Shown: positions 46,839 through 54,212 of the stretch, in pieces
How the letters are laid out: each line of letters begins with the position of its first letter
Numbering within the stretch: the stretch's first letter is position 1
Virus record (IMG/VR): IMGVR_UViG_3300046691_000407
Source of the DNA: an uncultured virus (IMG/VR IMGVR_UViG_3300046691_000407)
Taxonomy: Duplodnaviria; Heunggongvirae; Uroviricota; Caudoviricetes
Length of the DNA: 54,212 nt
Reading direction: 5' to 3' (one strand)
Program-made: the position numbers and the translations under genes
The notes under the pieces: generated by a model
Database searches by the model: none
Seen by the model: only the letters and a program-made list of their open reading frames with translations
What the model was told of the DNA's origin: nothing

Positions 46839-47453
46839 ATGTCGATCAACTTCAGTCTCGAGAACTTGAAGCGCGTGTATGTGTCCAGTTGTCGCCGCGG
46901 TTTCCTCGCAGTTTCCGACCAGCCGATGTGCGTGACGGAGGCCAGCGGCGGCAGCGGCAACAGCACCATCATCGCAGTCAAGCGTGTCTATCGCGAGGGC
47001 GGCAAATGGGTCTATGAAAAGCCCGACCTTCCCGGCCAGTGGTGGCTGAAGAGCGCCTGGAAGGAGGCGGTGGCCCTTACGGGCGGCCTGCCTTGGCGCG
47101 TCTATGAGCTGGATGCCGCCGAAGTTGCCGAACGTCTTGATAGCGGCGAGTTCACGGACGACATCCGTGGCTTCCAGAACCGGTGTGAACCATGGCAGCC
47201 GATCCGCGTCGACGAGGACGGCGACACTGCGGGGCCTGAGGAATCATTGTCCGCCACGGTGTGGGAGCGCATGGACGGCTGGCGCGTCGTCGCCGACGGC
47301 AACGGGCGCTGGGTGCCAGATGGATCGAAGTGCGACGCGTGCCGCAGCGTCCTCCAGGAAAGCCCGAACCACTTCGATCCGATTCCGGATTTTACGACAG
47401 GCATTCTCGAAGAGGCGTTCGCCATCGTGGATGCGAACCGCCCTTGGGCGTGA
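46839..47453 (+). CDS. Hypothetical protein
   Basis: Directly follows the upstream gene; AAGGA RBS. Confidence 0.75.
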   Translation: MSINFSLENLKRVYVSSCRRGFLAVSDQPMCVTEASGGSGNSTIIAVKRVYREGGKWVYEKPDLPGQWWLKSAWKEAVALTGGLPWRVYELDAAEVAERLDSGEFTDDIRGFQNRCEPWQPIRVDEDGDTAGPEESLSATVWERMDGWRVVADGNGRWVPDGSKCDACRSVLQESPNHFDPIPDFTTGILEEAFAIVDANRPWA

Positions 47454-47473
47454 TGGAGACGGAGGGCAGAACC

Positions 47474-47827
47474 ATGCCTCAGGACAGACTGGACAACGCG
47501 GATCTCGGCGTGATCGAAGACGCCATGGCGCTGCTGGAGCAGCAGGGCGACGCGCAGCAGGTGGCCGACATCGGCCGGCTCCGTGAGAAGTTGGAGCGGA
47601 TGGGCGTCGCGAACGTGGTGCCATGGGGATATGACCTGAGCAATCATCTGTTCGAGCAGATCAACCTTCTCGGCGCAGGAAAACGTGATCTCGACGATTT
47701 CATCCGCGAGATCGATATTGGCTACACGCATGGACGCGATCCCGACCGGGATGGCTTCATGGAAGCGACGAAGGATCTGGCGCGCAAGGTCGCGGCCGGG
47801 ATCGGACACAAAGGGAAACAGGCATGA
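47474..47827 (+). CDS. Hypothetical protein
   Basis: GGAGG RBS; ATGA overlap with the kinase. Confidence 0.7.
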   Translation: MPQDRLDNADLGVIEDAMALLEQQGDAQQVADIGRLREKLERMGVANVVPWGYDLSNHLFEQINLLGAGKRDLDDFIREIDIGYTHGRDPDRDGFMEATKDLARKVAAGIGHKGKQA

Positions 47828-49041
47828 GCGAGCGGTTGAAGAGGGCATGGGGGCAGTTTCGCGGGAGCGTGCGCGCCATCCATCAGGCAAACGGCGTTGA
47901 CATCAAGCCCGGTGCCGAAATGCGCTACATGCCCACTGGCGACGCAGCCGTCTTCGACGAGGTCGATGCCACGCCGGAAGAGCTTCTCCTCTATCTGGAC
48001 AGCCGCAATGCGCGATCCCGCAGCCAGATCGGCGTTCTGCAGAAGTATGCCTTGTCCGGCCTCGCCACCGAAATGACGATGCACGAAGCCAATGGGCTTC
48101 TGAGCCGTCTCAGGAGCTACGCCACGCATTTTGTGGAGGTCAGGCCAGACGACAGCTATGCGCATCACCTGAAGGACGCCGCTGTCCGGTTGCAGGATGA
48201 TTTCGACTTCCTTGCAAGGTTCAGGGTGTCCGGCGGCAGCAGTTACTACAGCCAGTCATCGGAAACACTGCTGAAGACGGTGCGCCACGAATTCTGGCGG
48301 GCGCTTGGACACGGAGACCTGGTTATCGAGGCCAGCGAAGCCTTCATGGCCATCAACATCGAATATGACCGCCGTGTCATTGACGCTGTGATGATCAACC
48401 TGGTCCGCAACAGCTATTACTGGGGGAGCGACGCCGGGCGGAAGCCCGTGGTGGTTCGCTTCGACGTCGAGCAGATGGAATACGAGCGCGATACGTGGGA
48501 CGAGGAGACCGACACCTACGGCACCGAGATGGCACTCGCCGATATCCTCGTCATCGAGGACAACGGCCCCGGCCTTCCGCCCGGCCTCGGTGACGACATC
48601 TTCGAGCCGGGCGTCTCCGGGCGCCGCTCGTCGGGCATCGGGCTCCACATCTGCCGGACCGGGCTTGAATCCAGCGGTCACACCATCGTCGCGGACGAGG
48701 AGCGTTCTGAACTCGGCGGAGCCCGCTTCCGCATCGGCCGCAAGGTCTGCCTGAGGCCGGACGCGGTCTCCTACGATCAGATTGAGAAGCCGCGCGAGAT
48801 CGAGCTGGCGGACGCGCTTGTATCCATGTGCGATCTCGTCCGGAACGGCGACATCGTCGAGGCCGAGCGGATGTCGGACGTCTACGAGGAGGCTGCCGGA
48901 CTGGCGATGCGCCTCCGGCTCCGCGGCCCTCAGAACAACATCGAGGAGCGTCTTGTCCTCGCGGTGGACGATTTCCATTCGGCGCTCTCGAATGCAAGGG
49001 ACTTCGACGCGTCCGGATCGATCACGATCGGGCAGCCTTGA
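47824..49041 (+). CDS. Cytoplasmic histidine kinase-like protein (HATPase_c)
   Basis: H-box MTMHE, N-box INLVRNS, DNGPG, IFEPG, GIGLHI, GGARF. Confidence 0.85.
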   Translation: MSERLKRAWGQFRGSVRAIHQANGVDIKPGAEMRYMPTGDAAVFDEVDATPEELLLYLDSRNARSRSQIGVLQKYALSGLATEMTMHEANGLLSRLRSYATHFVEVRPDDSYAHHLKDAAVRLQDDFDFLARFRVSGGSSYYSQSSETLLKTVRHEFWRALGHGDLVIEASEAFMAINIEYDRRVIDAVMINLVRNSYYWGSDAGRKPVVVRFDVEQMEYERDTWDEETDTYGTEMALADILVIEDNGPGLPPGLGDDIFEPGVSGRRSSGIGLHICRTGLESSGHTIVADEERSELGGARFRIGRKVCLRPDAVSYDQIEKPREIELADALVSMCDLVRNGDIVEAERMSDVYEEAAGLAMRLRLRGPQNNIEERLVLAVDDFHSALSNARDFDASGSITIGQP

Positions 49042-49069
49042 TCGGCGACAAGCATCTTGAAGAAAGGCG

Positions 49070-49095
49070 AAGGCCCCGCCGAAACGGGGCCTTCA
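49070..49095. terminator. Terminator-like hairpin
   Basis: GAAGGCCCCG-CCGAAA-CGGGGCCTTC between convergent genes. Confidence 0.6.
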
Positions 49096-49230
49096 GCACT
49101 GGCTCGCGGTGTTGACGGCCAGTGGCCCCTGGGAGGTCTTAATGCGGACAGGTGCATAGCCACCACGGCCACAATATACGGGACGATGCGTGTTTGGTCG
49201 AGTATCCCGACCGCGAGGCATCTAGTCCTC

Positions 49231-49701
49231 TCAGTCCCTGCGCTTGTCGAGGCATTCCCCCTGCGTGGATATGGCATTGACGACCACCAGTTTGCCCTCG
49301 GCGTCGGCGACGTTCATCGTGACGGCCAGACACTGGCGGACGTTGAGCTTGCCGCTGAAGCTGATCTCGGCTGGAAACGCGACCGTCCACTTGCCGTTGG
49401 CCGAACCCTTGACCGTGGAGTCTCCACGGGTGACGGCTGTCTTCAGGCCGTTGACCTTCACCATGTCGTAGTCGCCGGACGACCTCAGGGATCCGATGTA
49501 GCTCTCGTGCTTCTCGTCGCTTGCAAACAGGGAGCGAACCTCGCCGAGCTGCTGGTCGATGGTCGCCCCGTCAAGCGTATAGAGGGTGCTGTAGGCATCG
49601 CGTGCAAACACGTCGACGGCCACGTTGTCGAAGCTTGCCGCGGCGTTAGCCGCCGTCGCGGCGACAATGCCTGCGATGAGCGAAAGTACGAACGATTTCA
49701 T
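49231..49701 (-). CDS. DotI/IcmL/TraM-like type IVB secretion component with signal peptide
   Basis: LYTLD..DQQL..RSLF..SYIGSLRSSG.YDMVK..L...WTVAFPAEISF resembles the DotI periplasmic domain. Confidence 0.6.
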   Translation of the reverse strand: MKSFVLSLIAGIVAATAANAAASFDNVAVDVFARDAYSTLYTLDGATIDQQLGEVRSLFASDEKHESYIGSLRSSGDYDMVKVNGLKTAVTRGDSTVKGSANGKWTVAFPAEISFSGKLNVRQCLAVTMNVADAEGKLVVVNAISTQGECLDKRRD

Positions 49702-49775
49702 GACGGTCTCCGTTGCTGTTGAAGCAATAGTCTAGTGCCGGAGTTTCCGTCGGCGCAATTATGCCGGCCCGTTGC

Positions 49776-50366
49776 CTATCCTTCGAGAGACTTCAGGAGA
49801 CGGGCGATGTTCCTGCGGGCTGGCTCCTCGAACTCCGCACGGAATTCATCCGTGAGATAGATCGCGGAGCGCAGGGAGAAAGATCGCAGGACCGCGGCGC
49901 GGCCCACGCGCCACGCCTCGTCGGTCACCCATGCGTATTCCTGGCGGACAGCCGCATCGAAAGCGTCGAAATCGCCTTCGTCTGCTCCGAGGATGGAGAG
50001 GTCGGCATCCAGCAGGAACGCAATGTCCCCGCGCTGCCCGGACGATAGGCCGTCAGGTATCAGATGGCGCTGCGTGGCGCGGATGCCCGCCAGGATGAAT
50101 TCGAGTTGGTCCGGGGCGACCGTGGACGACAGCATCTCACGGGCGAGATCGGCGCTGAGTTCCTCGTTGTCGTTCCGGCGGCTGTCGTAGACCGCGTCGT
50201 GGAAGGCGATCATCGCCAGCACCGACTGCATGTCCGCGATCAGGTGGGCGTGGCGTATAGCAAGCGACCGCATCGAGAGGGGATGCTTCCAGATGTGGTA
50301 GTGGCGGCCGGGCGCGTCATGCAGTCCCTTGAGCACGGCTTCGATCTGCGGAGTGATGATGTCCAT
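49776..50366 (-). CDS. Predicted metal-dependent HD phosphohydrolase (COG4339-like)
   Basis: RHYH..H, FHDAVYD..DNEELSA, LDADLSILG, VRQEY. Confidence 0.88.
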   Translation of the reverse strand: MDIITPQIEAVLKGLHDAPGRHYHIWKHPLSMRSLAIRHAHLIADMQSVLAMIAFHDAVYDSRRNDNEELSADLAREMLSSTVAPDQLEFILAGIRATQRHLIPDGLSSGQRGDIAFLLDADLSILGADEGDFDAFDAAVRQEYAWVTDEAWRVGRAAVLRSFSLRSAIYLTDEFRAEFEEPARRNIARLLKSLEG

Positions 50367-50472
50367 GGTGCGTTCCTTGCGACAGATCAACTCTTAAGGT
50401 ATTGCAAACTCGACGGATATCCCCCTAGTGGCCTGGCAGCCATGCGGGGATTGCAGAGGAGGATTCGCACGG

Positions 50473-50886
50473 ATGATCGTGACAAGCGACGAATGGAAGA
50501 TGGTCCGCGTGTTTCTCGATGAACCGCTACCGAACGACTTCGCGTCCCGGCTTCTTCTCGAAATGATGCAGATTGCGCAGCCCTACGGACGAGGTGCGCT
50601 GGAGGCGGAGGCGACGGGTCGGACTGATCTCGGCGAAATCGTCGACAAGGGTCTGCGGAAGTCGATGGTCGATCTCAACGGACTGCCTCACGATCATGGC
50701 GCGATCCATTTCGACTACGTCGCCGGCCATCGGCTCAAGGTCTCCTTCTACCCGAAGGGGCTGCTCGACGAGCAAGGAAGGCCCGTGCCCGCCGACCGGG
50801 GGATGCCGGTGATCGTGTCTCGGGATTTCGACATGATGTACGGGGATGGCGCCATGGAGAATGTGATCCGCGTCGCGCTCATGTAG
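50473..50886 (+). CDS. Hypothetical protein, paralog of 50956-51375
   Basis: HGAIHFDYVAGHRLKVS..FDMMYGDGA. Confidence 0.75.
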   Translation: MIVTSDEWKMVRVFLDEPLPNDFASRLLLEMMQIAQPYGRGALEAEATGRTDLGEIVDKGLRKSMVDLNGLPHDHGAIHFDYVAGHRLKVSFYPKGLLDEQGRPVPADRGMPVIVSRDFDMMYGDGAMENVIRVALM

Positions 50887-50955
50887 CCGCTGGCTCTCCG
50901 CTTGCCTGCCGACCCGCCCGCCTGTAGGCTCCCGGATCTCAACCGGAGTGGCTTC

Positions 50956-51375
50956 ATGATCACGAGCTATGATGACATCACGGACCACACGAGGATCTTT
51001 CTGAACGAGGTTGAAGTTCCTGGCGACTTCCCTGCCCGGCTCCTGTCCGAGATCTTTCAACTCCCCCACATCTGGGGCGACGGACGGAGGACAACCTCGC
51101 CGATGGATCTCACCGATCTCGACGAGGCCATTGCCGAAGGACTTGCGGTCGGTTCAGTGGACCACGAAGGCCGGCCTCATCCGCATGGAGCGCTGCACTT
51201 CGATTATGTCGGCGGCCAGAGGATCAAGGTCTCGTATCATCCGCTGGGCTTCCGTGACGATGACGGAAATCCGACTGGACTCGGCAACGGCCTTCCGGTG
51301 GTTCTCTCAAAGCATTTCGACAAGATGCATGGCGCTGGCGCGCTCGAGAAGATCGTCAGGCTGGCACTGACCTGA
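50956..51375 (+). CDS. Hypothetical protein, paralog of 50473-50886
   Basis: HGALHFDYVGGQRIKVS..FDKMHGAGA. Confidence 0.75.
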   Translation: MITSYDDITDHTRIFLNEVEVPGDFPARLLSEIFQLPHIWGDGRRTTSPMDLTDLDEAIAEGLAVGSVDHEGRPHPHGALHFDYVGGQRIKVSYHPLGFRDDDGNPTGLGNGLPVVLSKHFDKMHGAGALEKIVRLALT

Positions 51376-51656
51376 CCTTGCCGGATGCGCGGAATTGACG
51401 CACTGCAATATGCTTTCCGCTGTCGGCCGGCAGGTTGCAGATCAATGATCGAATCCATCCGGAATGGAGGATTTGGTCATGCGCAAGGCAATCCGTCGCT
51501 TTCAGTCGCTGTCGAAGAACGAGCAGCTTGGCTGGCTGGTCATAGGGATCATCATATACTGCGCAGGACTCATTCCCCTTGCCGCCATGGGCCCGATAAT
51601 CACCCAGCTCTGATCCCTCGGCTTGTTGCGTTGAGATCGGCGGGCGATGTCGTTCG

Positions 51657-51908
51657 TCAGTCCCAGAAGAATGACTTTCCAGACTCCATGCGGGCTTCCG
51701 CTCGCGTGACCCCGATGTCCAGCAACTCGGCATCCGTCAGGTGAAGTAGCGCCTTCCGGCTCTCCCGCTTACGGTGCCATGAAACGAGCCACTCATGCAC
51801 GCGGAACCGCAGAGGCGGCGTACTTGACGAACGGGGTTGGCCGTCGGTTTCCGGCACTTTCAAGGAAGGGACGTCGGCACAGTGATCGACGCCTGGAACG
51901 GCAGACAT
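51657..51908 (-). CDS. DUF1127 (YjiS-like) small protein
   Basis: RESRKALLHLTDAELLDIGVTRAEA..KSFFW. Confidence 0.85.
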   Translation of the reverse strand: MSAVPGVDHCADVPSLKVPETDGQPRSSSTPPLRFRVHEWLVSWHRKRESRKALLHLTDAELLDIGVTRAEARMESGKSFFWD

Positions 51909-52129
51909 GTCATTCTCCAGAAGGAATTGCATCTGCGATCCAGAAGATACCCACGATCCAATGGTGACAATATGCAGAATTGTTATCGTGACAATCGAGA
52001 TTCGCTAAGGATTGAATCCTGCGCTACGACGACATTCCGTCGACGAGGTCCGAGGCGGCCCACCGCTCGTTTTCTTCGCCGTCTCCTACGCTGTCCATAA
52101 GCTTCGGGCTCGCATTTGGAGCGGAAGTG

Positions 52130-52624
52130 TCAGGACGCGAAGTCCTCGTTCCGCTCGATCTGCGTGAGCGAGGACTGGAAGGCCGGATCCGCGTAAGGCA
52201 TGTGGGGCAGATTGCCGATCACGGTCTCGATCAGTTCCACGGCATCGTCCCCGTCGTCATACATGGGCGACGAGATATGGCCTTCATGCCATTTGATGAT
52301 CCAGCTTTTCTTGATGCCAAAGGCCTTGCGAAGCGCCTGCTCGTCCGTCCAGCCGCCGACATCGAGCAGCTTGCCATCGGGGTTCTTCACCAGAGTGTGG
52401 TGTCCGAAGCCGTGGCCGGGCACCTGCCATGTCATCGTCGCGATTTCCCATCCGGTCATGCGCGAGAGAACGGCGGCATAGTCGTCGCAGTCGGAGGAGC
52501 GAAACGCACGGATCAGAACCTCGATCGTGTCCTCCGGATCGAGATCCTCGTCCTCCCACAGTTCGCAGGCGTCATAGAAGTAGCTCGCCGCTTCCGTCAG
52601 GGTCTTCTTGTCGGTGCCGCTCAC
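52130..52624 (-). CDS. Hypothetical protein
   Basis: GTGA overlap with the upstream gene. Confidence 0.7.
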   Translation of the reverse strand: MSGTDKKTLTEAASYFYDACELWEDEDLDPEDTIEVLIRAFRSSDCDDYAAVLSRMTGWEIATMTWQVPGHGFGHHTLVKNPDGKLLDVGGWTDEQALRKAFGIKKSWIIKWHEGHISSPMYDDGDDAVELIETVIGNLPHMPYADPAFQSSLTQIERNEDFAS

Positions 52625-53223
52625 GCCGTGGCTCCGGCGAATTCGGGCTTATCGGATGGACGGACGCCGTCGGCGAGCTCTGAGAGCGTTCTCGTTCCTC
52701 CCGCCACGAACCACGAGGCGAGATCGCTGCGCTGATGGGCGACATTCATGATGAGGTCGCAGAGCATCAGGAGTTCGGCGGGCTCGGTTGCCTCGGATGC
52801 GGCAGCACAGAGTTTGAACAGCTTGTCGATGCCATAGTCCGAGAGCCTCCAGCCGGTCTCGCACTCGACCGCCCAGTCCACGAACGCCTGGATGTCCTCC
52901 TCGCCTTCGAAATGGTCGTCCAGAACCTCGCGGTAGCTGTAGGTCGCATGGCCGGAGATGGCGGTGTTGACACTCAGTCGGAGAAAGTTCTCGACGAAGC
53001 GGTCACGGATCGCCAGCAGTCCCTTCTCGTCCCGAACGAAGCCGAGCTGGGCTGAATCCTGCCAGATCCGCTTCAGCCTCTCGGCAGGCACGACCCGCCA
53101 TGGCGCAGCGTCCGGCCAGCGGCCCGACTTGTACTCGTTGATCATCGTCTCCAGCATCTCCTCCTCGCGGTGGATGAGATCTGCCTTCGCGTCCGACGAT
53201 GCCTCGAAGATAGGATCGCTCAT
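52621..53223 (-). CDS. Hypothetical protein
   Basis: GAGGA RBS; LSDYG..HQRSDLASWFVAGG. Confidence 0.8.
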   Translation of the reverse strand: MSDPIFEASSDAKADLIHREEEMLETMINEYKSGRWPDAAPWRVVPAERLKRIWQDSAQLGFVRDEKGLLAIRDRFVENFLRLSVNTAISGHATYSYREVLDDHFEGEEDIQAFVDWAVECETGWRLSDYGIDKLFKLCAAASEATEPAELLMLCDLIMNVAHQRSDLASWFVAGGTRTLSELADGVRPSDKPEFAGATA

Positions 53224-53231
53224 GTTTTTCC

Positions 53232-53792
53232 TCAGTGTCTTGCGGCCAGAGCCGTCTTGAAGACCGGCAGGTAGATTTCGGCGTTGAAAAACCCGATCTC
53301 CATCACGAAGTCATCGATCGCGCTCAGCCGGAACATGTCTCCACCGCTGTTGCGTGCGATCCAGTCGAACCCGTTTGGGTCGCGGGCGACTTCCCAATTG
53401 GATCGATCCTGCGGACGGATCTCCAGCCAGTGTGCGAACCTGTCCAACGCCTGGTCGGCGTTGTGGATCGTCTGCAGGGTATAGAAGATGTCGCGCTTGT
53501 CGCCGACCCGGGAGTCGACGATGTCGCGCAGGATCGCAGCCACCTCCGCTGACGCGATCTCCTGCGCGTCGTCTGCGGTGAAGTAGATTTCGGCGACGGC
53601 ATTCACGACGAGCGATCCGACATCCCACCACGGGTGTGCCTTGCGCGCCTTGGAGATGCGGTCGAACAGATCGTCGCTGCCGAGGATGCCGTAAAGGGTC
53701 TCGCTAGCGTTTTCCGCCGGAAGAACTCGGTAGACGATGTCGCGGAGCGTCTCAGCCTCTTCGACCGTTTTCGGAAGTTTCCAGTGTCCCAT
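53232..53792 (-). CDS. Hypothetical protein
   Basis: GAGGAG RBS then MGHWKLPKT. Confidence 0.75.
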   Translation of the reverse strand: MGHWKLPKTVEEAETLRDIVYRVLPAENASETLYGILGSDDLFDRISKARKAHPWWDVGSLVVNAVAEIYFTADDAQEIASAEVAAILRDIVDSRVGDKRDIFYTLQTIHNADQALDRFAHWLEIRPQDRSNWEVARDPNGFDWIARNSGGDMFRLSAIDDFVMEIGFFNAEIYLPVFKTALAARH

Positions 53793-53822
53793 GTCGACCG
53801 CTCCTCGTGTGTGCTGCAAGAA

Positions 53823-54212
53823 TTAAATGGCGGATGCCGGCGAGGCAACTTCGTTCTGCAGGCGCTCGCGGACTTCGGACAGGAGTTCGTCCGTCATGCG
53901 GATCGCCTGCAGTTCGGTCACGCCGATGGTTTGAAGCCACTCGGCGAAGGCATAGTCCTCGACATCGACGTAGAAAGTGCCTTCCTTGTTGTCCGCCAGC
54001 CATTCATCGATCACGCCGGAGTTCAGGGCGAGGTCGTCATAGTCATGGCCTCTTTCGTTGAGGATCTCCTCGGAGGCGCGGGCGAAGTATCTGGCGTCGA
54101 GGCCGAGCATCGCATCGTGGGCGTCGAACTCGATCGATGGTCCCGTGTCCATCGCATTGTCGTTGACCCAGAGCTGGGGCTGGACGCGGGCGGGAAGTCT
54201 GAAGTCGGTCAT
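53823..54212 (-). CDS. Hypothetical protein (start at the window edge)
   Basis: 129-aa ORF, QPQLWVNDNAM. Confidence 0.7.
   Translation of the reverse strand: MTDFRLPARVQPQLWVNDNAMDTGPSIEFDAHDAMLGLDARYFARASEEILNERGHDYDDLALNSGVIDEWLADNKEGTFYVDVEDYAFAEWLQTIGVTELQAIRMTDELLSEVRERLQNEVASPASAI

Noticed and set aside
1..54212. CRISPR array or prophage structural module
   Set aside because: No regularly spaced direct repeats, cas genes, or capsid/terminase/tail motifs were recognised.

Overview
GC-rich alphaproteobacterial (probably rhizobial) accessory DNA, most consistent with a large conjugative plasmid or similar element: DotI/IcmL-like, degenerate DotL-like and YubB/DUF1281-like genes are present, many short hypothetical genes occur, and no housekeeping operon is visible. 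Two paralogous giant secreted putative-Ig (He_PIG) repeat proteins occupy <1-3882 and ~29866-37305, the second ending in RCC1-like repeats. The most notable locus is 21.2-24.5 kb: a Ro60/TROVE gene preceded by two RNA cassettes. Each cassette has a promoter with a TTGCA-N3-TGCAA palindrome, a short hairpin capped by a tRNA-anticodon-like loop (GCA or UGA), and a YrlA-type circularly permuted tRNA mimic, one with an internal CCA. A translationally coupled double-HTH gene follows, and no rtcB is seen in the window. Other content includes a short TilS, a YafQ/RelE-like fusion with a candidate antitoxin, ART-like genes, an ADP-ribosylglycohydrolase, Fic, a metallophosphatase, a CDC123-like ATP-grasp, GrxD, MarR/SDR, an orphan histidine kinase, several paralog pairs, a recurrent AWTGTTGACAWT promoter motif and two candidate structured RNAs. 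All family calls come from motif recognition by eye; no database searches were run.
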